Of a DNA stretch of 64,000 bases, positions 46,122 to 57,573 are shown piece by piece. The translations under genes were made by a program, and so were the position numbers. The notes beneath the pieces were generated by a model, which was not told the DNA's origin, searched no databases, and was given only the letters and a program-made list of their open reading frames with translations. The stretch is from positions 310,001 through 374,000 of the forward strand of contig NW_027191461.1 in the NCBI RefSeq assembly GCF_011745625.1. The letters are read 5' to 3'. This DNA is from Cladosporium halotolerans. Its lineage: Eukaryota. The first letter of the stretch is position 1. The number at the start of each line of letters is the position of its first letter.

Positions 46122-46723
46122 ATCGTGGTTTCTACACGACGCTCAGGAGTACATACCCAGTTGAAGGCTTTCTTCAGGCTGATTCACGAACAAAAATTGA
46201 CACCTGGGTTACATGCGCAGATACCTGCGCACAATAAACAAGGGAATAAGTCCGGGTAATCAGTCAGACCAGCTCTTCGCCAGACTCGCTTCCTACTGTT
46301 TCGCGCCACGTCGCGCCGCACCTTTGCCGCGCGCTTCCAACATGGTCCAGGAGCAATAGCATACTCCGCTTGTAGTGGTAAGACACTGTTCCGACATAGT
46401 AGTAGGTCGGTAGGCGAAGCTCTCTTGGTTGAAAACTATACGCAAACCGCTGCGTTGTCGGGCTTGACCTTTTGACATCTTTGCAAGTTTGAACACCAGG
46501 GCTTACCTTATAGTGTGCCTAAGGCCATCTCGCTCTCCCTCCGCGTGAAGACAAGCTGGCCTGTGGGCACTTGCGGGGGCGGGTTGCCGGCAGACCGCGC
46601 CCCGACGTCAATCCAGCCAAGCAGCGCCGCAGTAGCTGGAAGGCTAAGTAGAGCAGCACTACCAGCGCCAGAATGGCCCACCCGTCCTCCGACACCACTG
46701 CCAATCCCTGGACCGCCGCCGAC

Positions 46724-48754
46724 ATGGAGGAAGGAGGCTCGCCCTGGGACGGTATGCGCTCTGCCCTTGCGCCCTCACTGTTCCCTCCCTGCTGACTTCC
46801 ATACTCCAGACGTCCCGTCACGCTCGCATTCGAGCCATAACCTCGCCAAGGCAGCAGAAGAGAGCGAACAGCCAGCCGGTACGGACGCTCGTCGCGACTG
46901 ATCGCCTCAAACAACAAGCTCACTGTCGCAGTAGATACACCCGCTTCACCCGAACCAGCCGCTCCCACTCCAGCTTCCGCCTCGTCCCCCGTTTCCGCTA
47001 AGCCAGCGCCTTCGAAGTCCCGTGGCCCCCGAAGACATGTCAATCTCACTCAGTCCACCACCCTCGAGAGCTTGGATGATTCCATGGGTCCCTTGGGTCC
47101 GCTCGGAGCAGAGCCTGTAGAAGAGCCCGTCGCGCCAACACCACCTGTGAAAGAGTTGGCTTCTAGGACGAGGGCTAGGCCGCAGACTGGCGGATCAGCC
47201 GTATCCTCGGCCCCGAACGACCTGGACGACGATGGCGCCTCTTCGCTCAATGGCGCGAGGCAACCCCCACCGGTCCTTCCGCCGCAGTTCGAAAACAGGC
47301 CAAGGCAGCAGCAACCGTCCATGTCCGTCGAGCAGGCCGCGAAGCCAACCTTTTCCATTACAGTCGGCGACCCGCACACAGTAGGAAACGCCGCGAGCAG
47401 CCACACCGTTTACTCTGTCATTACCAAGACCACGTCAAAAGCTTACGCAAACCCTACTTTCACCGTCACCAGACGATACCGCGATTTTCTCTGGCTATAC
47501 GAGCAACTCCATACCAACAACCCCGGTGTCGTAGTTCCCCCTCCGCCCGAGAAGCAGGCAGTGGGCCGCTTCGATAATAACTTCATCGAGTCCCGGCGCA
47601 TGGCTTTGGAGAGGCAGCTCACCAAGACGGCCGCGCACCCGGTTCTCCAGCACGACGCTGATCTGAAAACATTCCTGGAAAGTGACGCCTTCAACGTCGA
47701 CATCAAGCACCGTGATCGCAAAGATCCTCTGCTAGGAGCCGGCGAATCCAAGGGCCTGATGAGTAGTATCGGACTTGGTGGAGGTGGCGGAGGAGGCAAG
47801 TTCATCGAGCACGACGACTGGTTCCACGACCGACGGATCTACCTCGACGCTCTCGAGAACCAGCTCAAAGCCCTGCAGAAATCGACCGACACAGTGATGG
47901 CCCAGCGTAAGGCGCTCGCCGACTCCTGCGCAGATTTCAGCAACAGCCTGCACAACCTCGCCGCCGTCGAACTATCCCCGTCATTATCCGGCCCCCTCGA
48001 CGCGCTCGGCGACCTCCAATCCCGCATCCAGGAACTCTACTCGCGGCAAGCCATGCAGGACATGCTGACGCTCGGCATCGTGATCGATGAGTATATCCGT
48101 CTGATCGGGAGTGTGAAGAAGGCCTTCGAGCAGCGGCAGAAAGCCTTCCACGCGTGGCACTCGTCCGAGACGAAGCTGCAGGACACCAAGAAGCAGCAGG
48201 AGAAGCTGCTGCGCGCGGGTCGCAGCCAGCAGGACCGCATTGCGCAGATGAACGCGGACGTCAGCGACGCCGAGCGCCGCGTGCACCAGAGCCGGCTCCT
48301 ATTCGAGGACATGGGTAGGCTGATGCGCACGGAGCTGGAGCGCTTCGAGCGCGAGAAGGTGGAGGACTTCAAGAGCGGTGTCGAGACGTTCCTTGAGAGC
48401 GCTGTTGAGGCGCAGAAAGAGGTATGCACATGCACCAATCCCGTCATCTCGTTTAGATCTTTTACTGATTCCCTACCTTTCCAGCTCATCGAACTCTGGG
48501 AGACCTACCTCCTGCAACTCGACAGCGACGAGGATGGCCCGCCGTTCCTGCCCGCGGGCGTTCCGGCTGCCGAATCGGCCAGAGCCGCCCCTCAAGCGCA
48601 GCAGGACGAAGCAGCCACCGAACAGACCCCCGAGGCCGGCAAGGCAAACAACCACGACGACAGTAGCAATGATGCCGCCGCCAGCGCAGCAACAGCGGCG
48701 GGCGGTGATGCAGAGGAAGAAGCCAGGCCTCAGACCGCTGAGTCGGAGACTTGA
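46724..48754 (+). CDS. VPS5: Retromer sorting nexin Vps5 (PX-BAR); exons 46724-46751, 46810-46878, 46932-48421, 48485-48754
   Basis: FSITVGDPH.VG...HTVY.V.TKT, RRYRDFLWLY..L..NNPGVVVPPPPEKQAVGRF...FIESRR..LE; BAR domain ending ELERFEREKVEDFKSGVETFLESAVEAQKE|LIELWETYL. Confidence 0.95.
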
Positions 48755-49469
48755 GGACGAGGCTTGATTGTTGGACCGCTCAGCGGCGGCTGTAAGTACG
48801 TATGTAGTACCAAGTAGACTAAATGCGACGATGATCTCCAATCACTTCACCCCTGCCGAACCTGGGTCTCGGCGTTTCGAGGCATGCTTGAACCTCGCTC
48901 CCTCAAGCGCCTGCGGTCCAGCTACGTAGCGCATACGCAGCCCTCGCAGTTCCATCGTTGTTCCGCAACAGAGACAACAGACGTCAAGAGAACCATACAC
49001 TTCGGAACTTGGAGGAATGCCATTTCATTTTCATACTCCCACCTACCAGGCCGTCGCCGACCCAGCAGCCACCTACTTCTCGCAGCGGTGGCACCATATC
49101 GTGCTCCACTGTCTGCAAGCTACCGTAACAATACCACCGCGCTCCTCACTACAAAAGCAAACGCCACCCATGAGCCAAAGCAAGCAAGGTATCGATCGGC
49201 CCTCAACGCCAGAGAAATGAGAAAAGAGAGAAAGAAAAGCCCGGCCGTATTCTCGCACCGGGACGCCGTTGTGCTCGCTCGCTGCGCTGCGCTTATGTAT
49301 AACTCCCAAAGAGACAAGAGAAAGAGAAGGAGTCGTTCAGCAAGGGAAGGTTGAAAAGAGAGATTTGCCCGCCCCATAAAATAAGGAAAGAAATTTCCGT
49401 TTGCCCGGTGTGCTTCAACGCGCGCGCGAATGGTCAGCGAACCGCGTGCGGACCGCGTGCGAACACACA

Positions 49470-51383
49470 TCACCGAATGACCTCCCACTCCTTGACCGTG
49501 CCCGACTTGCCCAAGCCGCCACCAACACTGCTGCCGCTCTTGTTCTTCTGGGAGAAGACGTCCCAGAAGCGCAGGGTCTCGTCGCCGGCGCCCGTCACGA
49601 TCGTGCCGCCCTCGGGGCTCATGCTGAGGTAGAGCACGCGGTAGGTGTGGCCCGTGAGCGAGACGACTTGCGACATGCTGGGGTACTTCCAGATGTTGAT
49701 GGCGTGCTGGGAGTAGCCGTGCGTCGAGACGAGTTCGGAAGTGGTGGTGCTGAAGAGGAGGTTGCAGACTTGGCTTCCGGTGTCGTGGGAGCGGAGGAGG
49801 TGCGGGTTCGTGGGCGTGGAGGGTGTTGGGCTGGTTGGATTTGAAGAGAGGAGGTTCGGGGTGACGGAGAGGTCGAGTTCGTTGCCTGAGAAATTGAGGC
49901 CGGGCGTTGTGTTGCTGAGTGAGGCGTTGGCTGAGTTCTGCGCGGTCGAGACGGTGTTCCAGAATTTGATGCATCGATCTGCAGTTCCACCACCGCTGGC
50001 GAGGAGGCCGCGCTGGTGTGGGCTCCATGCGATGGCTTTGACTGCGGCCTTGTGTCCTCCCTCTTGCTCACCCCATCTATGCTGCCACCGCTCGTCCATC
50101 TTTTCCCATACAAATATTTTGTTGTCGTTGCCGCCAGACGCTAGCTGCTCAGTCTCCTGATTCCATTTCAACCCGCAAACTTCTTGCTTATGCCCTGTGA
50201 GACGACGAAGGTATTGATTCGCTTGACGAACATCGCGATGCAGGATAGTGCGGTCGCGCGAGCCAGTCGAAAGGATGTGTGCGTTCCACGCAAGCGATGA
50301 AATGCGAGCTGTGTGTCCGGTCATGGTTCGAAGCTTGCGATTTGTCACTGTGTCGTAAATCATGAGAAGTCCCTTCGAGGTGCCAATGGCGAGATGTGAG
50401 CCGCGCTGAATCCAGCTGACACTTGTGACATTGTCGCCTTCGAGCTTGCAGAGCTGATCAACTTGTCCTGACTCTCGACTCCACAGATAGACGCAGTCAC
50501 CCAATCCGACCGCTAGAACATCGTTAGGGCCCCAGTCGACCAAATTGAGGTAGAAATCGTCAGCCAACTCGGGCGCATCAAGAACCTTGTAGGGGACCTT
50601 GCTGACCGCTCGTGGCGTCTTCCGTGGCGAAAGTAACATGCTTTGAGAGGAGTGCTTGACAGGCGATAAGCTGTACAGCTCTGACCTGGCGTTAATGTTA
50701 GGCCCCCGCTCGCTCCTCGATGTCGATCTGGGCGTAAGTGAAGTTGGTCCGTGGTTTCCGTAAGAGAACAAGTTTTTGTGTGGTGTCGAAGGCGTCAAAT
50801 TGGGTCCGGCGAGGATCGATCCATTTGTTGGCGGGGTTTTAGCCCGCGAGCTCGGGCCTTGATGTGATTGCGGTATGCTCTGAGGCACCTCGTCATCAAA
50901 CATCTCGGATCTCAGCAGCGAGGAATAAGTCCTATTCGCATCCCTCTTCTGAAAGTGCACCTCCGACGACGCCGCCTTCTTGTGGGCGCGCGAGGGAGTT
51001 GCAGGCGATCCCTCGTCATCTAGCAGACTGTAGCTCGCCTGAAGGTCCTGTCCTGACCGGTTGGGAATGAATCGGTGGTCGCCGGCGAACGTCTTTTGCC
51101 TCTTGCGCTGCGGACTGCCGGCCGGTGTGATATCCCTCCTACGTCCTGCATCTTCCATCTGCTTCAGAGCTCTATTCAGAGCAGTCGGATTTACAGGTGC
51201 ACTGCCGCTACGGTTGGCGGCGCTTGCGCTGAGGTGACGGCTGTGTGCTCGCTTTCCAGTGATAGTCGGCGGTGTCTTGCTTCTCGGCGGTGACAGCATT
51301 GTGGGCGTTTCCAGGTCGCCTTCTTCAGTCTGCTGGTCGGATGTTCCAGGCGGTGGCGGCGCATCGACGTCGGGTGAGCCCAT
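49470..51383 (-). CDS. CDH1: APC/C co-activator Cdh1/Fzr/Srw1 (WD40), intronless
   Basis: C-box-like RFIPNR; RAVSKVPYKVLDAPELADDFYLNLVDW; GHKQEVCGLKW; HKAAVKAIAWSPHQRGLLASGGGTADRCIKFW; TGHTYRVLYL; GAGDETLRFW; C-terminal IR tail. Confidence 0.95.
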   Translation of the reverse strand: MGSPDVDAPPPPGTSDQQTEEGDLETPTMLSPPRSKTPPTITGKRAHSRHLSASAANRSGSAPVNPTALNRALKQMEDAGRRRDITPAGSPQRKRQKTFAGDHRFIPNRSGQDLQASYSLLDDEGSPATPSRAHKKAASSEVHFQKRDANRTYSSLLRSEMFDDEVPQSIPQSHQGPSSRAKTPPTNGSILAGPNLTPSTPHKNLFSYGNHGPTSLTPRSTSRSERGPNINARSELYSLSPVKHSSQSMLLSPRKTPRAVSKVPYKVLDAPELADDFYLNLVDWGPNDVLAVGLGDCVYLWSRESGQVDQLCKLEGDNVTSVSWIQRGSHLAIGTSKGLLMIYDTVTNRKLRTMTGHTARISSLAWNAHILSTGSRDRTILHRDVRQANQYLRRLTGHKQEVCGLKWNQETEQLASGGNDNKIFVWEKMDERWQHRWGEQEGGHKAAVKAIAWSPHQRGLLASGGGTADRCIKFWNTVSTAQNSANASLSNTTPGLNFSGNELDLSVTPNLLSSNPTSPTPSTPTNPHLLRSHDTGSQVCNLLFSTTTSELVSTHGYSQHAINIWKYPSMSQVVSLTGHTYRVLYLSMSPEGGTIVTGAGDETLRFWDVFSQKNKSGSSVGGGLGKSGTVKEWEVIR

Positions 51384-51784
51384 GTTGGAGGCTTCGCTGT
51401 GTATGATGTTGCGTGGGCAAACGTCGCGGCCCAGCTCGCGCGGCCTCCGGTGAGATTGCAGAGGCGGATGCTCTCAAGTCCAGCGATTGTTTCCAGGTGT
51501 TCGGTCGGAGTGGATGGTTCGCGCTCAATCCCCGGATCCAGCGGAGTTCGGTTGCTATGCACAACTGTCGGTCGCACCCCTTGTTCGAACGTCTCAACCC
51601 GCGGCAAATGCAAGCGCACTTTGTAATTGAGGCTATGCGAGACAATGGCGCGGGGCCGCGACAATACCAATGAAAGTCCGGTAGTGAATGCGGTGGTTGT
51701 CGACGATGGGTCGGGATGCGGCGGCGGTGGGTAACGAATGCGGTGGTGGAGGGCGCTGGTGATGGTCAGGGCGTCGGGTTGTTT

Positions 51785-52062
51785 GCGCGCGAAGCGAAGC
51801 GCGTGGCTAGAGCCGCAGGGCCGGGCTTTGATTGGCGGGCCGCTCAACCTTGTCAGCAACTGTGGAAAGACGTCGTGGTATTCACAGCACGCTTCCCTCC
51901 CGGATCAGCCGCTGTGGGAGGCGCACGCGTGACAGAAAGGATGTACAGACCATCGCCTTCAGACTGAGGCATCAGGACACTTGTTGCCGGCCCAAAACGC
52001 GACCTCCCGCCAGTCGAATATGCGCGCGTCCGGACGCGTTCGCGGCTAGCGCGAACGCGAAC
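51785..52062. promoter_or_regulatory. Cluster of MCB/SCB-like CGCG elements upstream of CDH1
   Basis: ACGCGT at 51925 and 52034, ACGCGA at 51997 and 52055, plus GCGCGAA and GCGCGT copies within ~280 bp. Confidence 0.45.
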
Positions 52063-53713
52063 ACAGCCCTGCTCAATCCTCCACTTCACCTGAAACGCCC
52101 TGGCCAGTACACAGCGGGTAGCAACGAGCTCGAGCTCGAGCTTCTGACCAGTTGTGCCCTTGAGACGTTACCTGAGCAAATCAGCGGCTCCTTATGCTCA
52201 TGCTCCAGACAAGTCAGGATTGGCATTGGCTTCTCATCAAGTCATAGCCATTGCAAACCTGTGCACAGTCCATGTACATCCAGCATATCAAAATCCAACC
52301 TGACGAACATCATAACTCCCCGACCTATAGCTAGACTCCCTCAATCCACAATAGAGTATACATTGAGATCCATAATAATAATCATCTCTCACTACCTACC
52401 CACGACTCCCTCCCCTCCCAACAGCCCCCAGAATCAACATCCCCAACTGCTAGCACCACCCAAAAACCAAAAAACCCATCTCAATACCACAAAGACCCTC
52501 CCTTCCCCCATCGTACAGACGTCACAAAAGGCCCTGAGCTATCGCCCAAGCACACAGCAGCCAAAACCCAGCCAGCCCAGCACAGCCGCCGCCCTTGGTC
52601 CGACGCAGGGACTCGCACCCCCGAACAGGGCCCGCGGGGCGGCCAAAGCAAGGGAACCAAGGCTTCGCGCGTTCGCTCCCGGAACAAGGGGAGGCAGGCA
52701 CGCGAGCAGCTGCGCTGAGCTGACCTCACCTTGCCTGACCTCACCTCACCTCGCTGTTCCTCGGTCCCTGCCTTGGTCAGTAGTGTTTTGCTACTGCAGT
52801 AAGGAATTATTGTTCGGGTAAGCAATAGCGTAACGGCATCGCCGCGCGCGAGATCAGATTCAAAGAGACTCGCGGTCGCTGTCGATTCTGAGGTGTTTCG
52901 TGTAGCGGTGTAGATAAGATAGATATATCGGGGCGCGGTAAACAAAATCACGACTCACACTTCACTCCGGCACAGGGTGGACTCCAAAGACACGACCCCG
53001 CAGCGAGAAAAGACAATGTGGAAAGAAGGGGAAGGAAGGGGGCGGGGCGCAAGTCCAGAAAAAATCAAAACCTAACACAATCGTACAATTTAAAAAACCA
53101 AAACAAAACCCAAGCCCAAGCCCTACGACACAGACGGCTCGACCCACCAGCAGCAGCAGTTGGAAACCCTTCGATCCTCATTGCACTCCCCAGAGTCCCT
53201 TGCAGCATGCTGTTGACGACGCACAGACAAGCCCTCGAACATGCCCGTTGAGGGAGAGAGGGACACAGGGATGTTGTCAAACACCAAAAAGGAGTAAAGG
53301 AAAATAAAAGGAAGCACCCTTGCATTTTTCTCTGGGAAAAAAAAGACTCTCTCTCCCCCTTTGCTCACTCAGCTCAGTCCGAAAAAATGAAGCTTTCCGT
53401 TTTGATGTGTTTCTTGCAAGGGCGCTTCTCCTCCGCTGCTGGCAGGCGGTGGCCGGCGCCAGGCTCGTATTTCGCGCGTCCGCACAAGTTGTTCCCGCAA
53501 GACAAGACAGATCAGAAAAAGTCCACAAGTTTGTCTCGATCGATTACTTTCTTTCTTTCATTCGTCCTCATTACCCATCCACCAGCCGGAAGGAATGGCG
53601 ATATCGCGCGCTGCTCTTTGGCCAGGCCGGGGAAGCGCATGCGCCGTTGCGTGGATAGGAATTTCGAGGGCGATCAAAGAGGTTCGCGGTTTAGGGTGGA
53701 CGGACGTTGTCGT

Positions 53714-54815
<1,102 letters not shown>

Positions 54816-57170
54816 TGTTGGCGACGAAGGAGTGGGATGGGGAGAAAGGACAGAGCGAGGCTGCCGTTAGTCTAAACGTCCGATTATTGCCCTTCTAGGT
54901 GAGCCGTCAAAAGAACTGCAGAAAGGTCAGCGCATAACCACGACGTAATCGCCAGCGTACGGTATGCCGAAATGTGTTGTCGATAATGCTGGCTTGTGGG
55001 CGTTTGGGTGTCTCGGCGGCACGGCGGAGGTCGTGCTTTGTCGCTGGTGCGACCGGGGATGACCTGGATATCCTATTCCTGCTGCCGCGCTGCTGCCACT
55101 GCTCGCTCGTCCGTCCACCGTTGCGCCATCGCCGCCCGAATTCCCAAAGTCGCACATGATGTCAAAACAGCAAAAGAAAGGGGGGTTGCCTACCGAAAAT
55201 GCAAAGAAACGAGCGCAAAGGCTCCCTGAAACGACCGGCTGCTCTTTTCGCAGGCGTTGTCTGTCGGCGGTGGCGATAGTCTCCTTCGTGTGTTCGCTTG
55301 ACTCTCCCTCCGAGTCAGTTATCTCAGCGCGCTGAGGCTGTTGCGGCCTGGTTGCGGTTCCTCTGTTTGCTCCTGGATGTCGGGAAGCTCGAGCGGGCGT
55401 GTGTCTCCTGGCGCCGGCGAGGGTGATGCGGCGAGGTTGCGAGGGTGCGGTTGGGTGCGATGGCGCGGCGCAGTGTTGTCGTCGCGCGTAACGAGGCTGT
55501 TGTTGGTGTTTTTTCACCGCTCTAGGGCGACAGGTGGGGCACGCGCGTTGAGGCCTTGTCAGCTTGACCGGTGCGGAGGGCGACGGCGAGCGAGAGCGAG
55601 GCGTCGGGCAATGGGCGCTGTCAGTAGCGAGCAGGCGGATGAGCGTCTGGCGTAGACGGGTTGCAGTGCAGGAGCGGTTGCGGCGGTGCGGTGCTGGTGC
55701 GCGTGGTGCGGGCGGTGTTGTGGTGTTTGTGCGAGGCGCCTCGATGGTGCTGAAGTTGCAAAGTTGTTTCCCACGGCCGGGCGAAGGAGCGAACGGGGCG
55801 TGGCGGCACGGAATGCGCCTAGCTCTGCTTGTCGCCTGCACCAAGCGCTGCTTTCTGCTTGGGCACCTCAGACACCCGACGCGGTGCAGCCTGACCGATT
55901 GATGATGCCTTATGATATATCATTTATTACTGTGCTCATGAACGACTGTGTGATTCTTTGTATATCTCGATGTATGTATTTTCCAATCATAAAACCATCT
56001 CTTGCACCCGCCCTCAGACTGCAGGTGTCTCTCGCACAGCTCTCTCGTATCCCGCGGCGCAGCAGCCGTGGCATCCGCCCGACTCGAATTCTGCCTCCCG
56101 CCGGCTGACCAACCACAGCCTCCCAAAGCACTTGGAAGAAGCAAAGGGGATCGCTGCCAATTGCCCAACCCCTGCTTGCGTAAGAAGATTCACGGCTCGT
56201 GGCCCGACGCGGCCAGAAAGCACGCGTCCTTCGCTCTCCACAGATGTCCTGCAATCGCACGAATGCGAATGCTTTCGACATCATGGCCTGCACCTTGCCC
56301 ATCGACCTAAACTGCTCAATGCAATGGGTGTGGAGACGAGGAGGGGCTTCGTCATCGCCGAGAGCCTCAAACCGAGAGGGGCACGAGGGGCTATCGGGAG
56401 CTCTCTGTACCAAGTGATGGAACTGTGAGACCGAGTTCAGCATTCAAAATCCGAGGCGTGGGCTTGAAGGAGGGATCTTGACGTGAAGGGTTAATGATAT
56501 ACAGTCACACAAATCAGACGTTTATCTATCCGACCATGTATAGTCGACTCATCCCCCCAATCGCGAGCTCTGCTGCGACGAAGCCATAGCTTAGAGTTTC
56601 GCGACCTTCCAGCTACCTACGACATGAGTCTTGGACGCGATGGAGAACCAAAGCAGCCACACTCTGATCAAGTATACATTCACTGCACAAGGGCTTCGTA
56701 CGACGCCACGAATCCATACATTATCAACATCGGCACCTGTGAGTGCTCAAAGCACACGAGGCTTATTGGCGGCGGAATCATACCTCAGTCTAGACGGGCG
56801 AGCATCAACAGCCTCACTACCAACCTGGAAGCATGCACCTACTTCACCACACAGGCCTGATGTACTACAACGTTGAAGCCGAATTGGCGACCCAGACCTC
56901 TCCCTCAACGCAAACCACATGAAAATCAAACAGGCAGAACCAACCAATCGCATAGATAGGTAGGTAGTCAAGAGAGAAATCCATCACATCCAAACCACAT
57001 ATATCATGTATATACCCCTCCCCCTCCCCTCAAAACTCTAAACCTCAACAAGGCGCAAATAATCAAGCAAATCAAGCAACCCACCCAACAACGCCTCGCT
57101 ACAAAATCAGAAGCAAAGAACGAGTAAACGCTTCAGACAACCAAAAGTCCCAGAGACACTCGCTCGAATC

Positions 57171-57197
57171 AAAAAAAAAAAAAAAAAAAAAAAAAAA
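57171..57197. repeat. Poly(A/T) tract (27 nt) in the 3' region of the LRR gene
   Basis: Read directly. Confidence 0.9.
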
Positions 57198-57573
57198 GGA
57201 GGTCCCTCTTCCGTCTTTCCAACGCGAATCTCTCCATCTCCAGGAAAAGGTAGAGATCCGCGGGTATCCATACAGAGGAGGCAAGAAAAAAAAAATCGCT
57301 CTCTCTCTCTCTCTTCTTTTCGCCTCCGTTCTCGAGATCGAGAATCAAAAGATGTAGAAAAACGAACCCTTCCGGCCCCTCCGGAGAGAAGAAAGATAGA
57401 TAGTAAGGCGGTGGGGAGAGTGTATCCAAAAAAGCAAATCCAGTGTAACGCCGTCGCTAAATGCCATGAAGGAAAAAAAGGAAAAGAGGAAATGCGCCCT
57501 TTAAAGCGCAGCTTCCAAGTGCCCGGACCATCAACCCTCCCTCCCTCCCTCCTTTTTCTTTCTTCCTCACCCC

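Noticed and set aside
43200..46300. Transposon or RIP-degraded element explaining the accessory segment
   Set aside because: No transposase, reverse transcriptase or recombinase motifs, terminal repeats or extreme TpA/AT enrichment were seen, and the ORFs are intact.
51832..52821. 329-aa plus-strand ORF, and the 305-aa ORF at 54927-55844
   Set aside because: Both translate to low-complexity sequence and overlap the CDH1 promoter, the PP1 3' region or the PP1 5' leader; they show no coding-like motifs.
55910..56443. 177-aa minus-strand ORF between PP1 and the LRR gene
   Set aside because: It has no recognisable domain or codon bias, and overlapping ORFs of similar length in several frames indicate chance.
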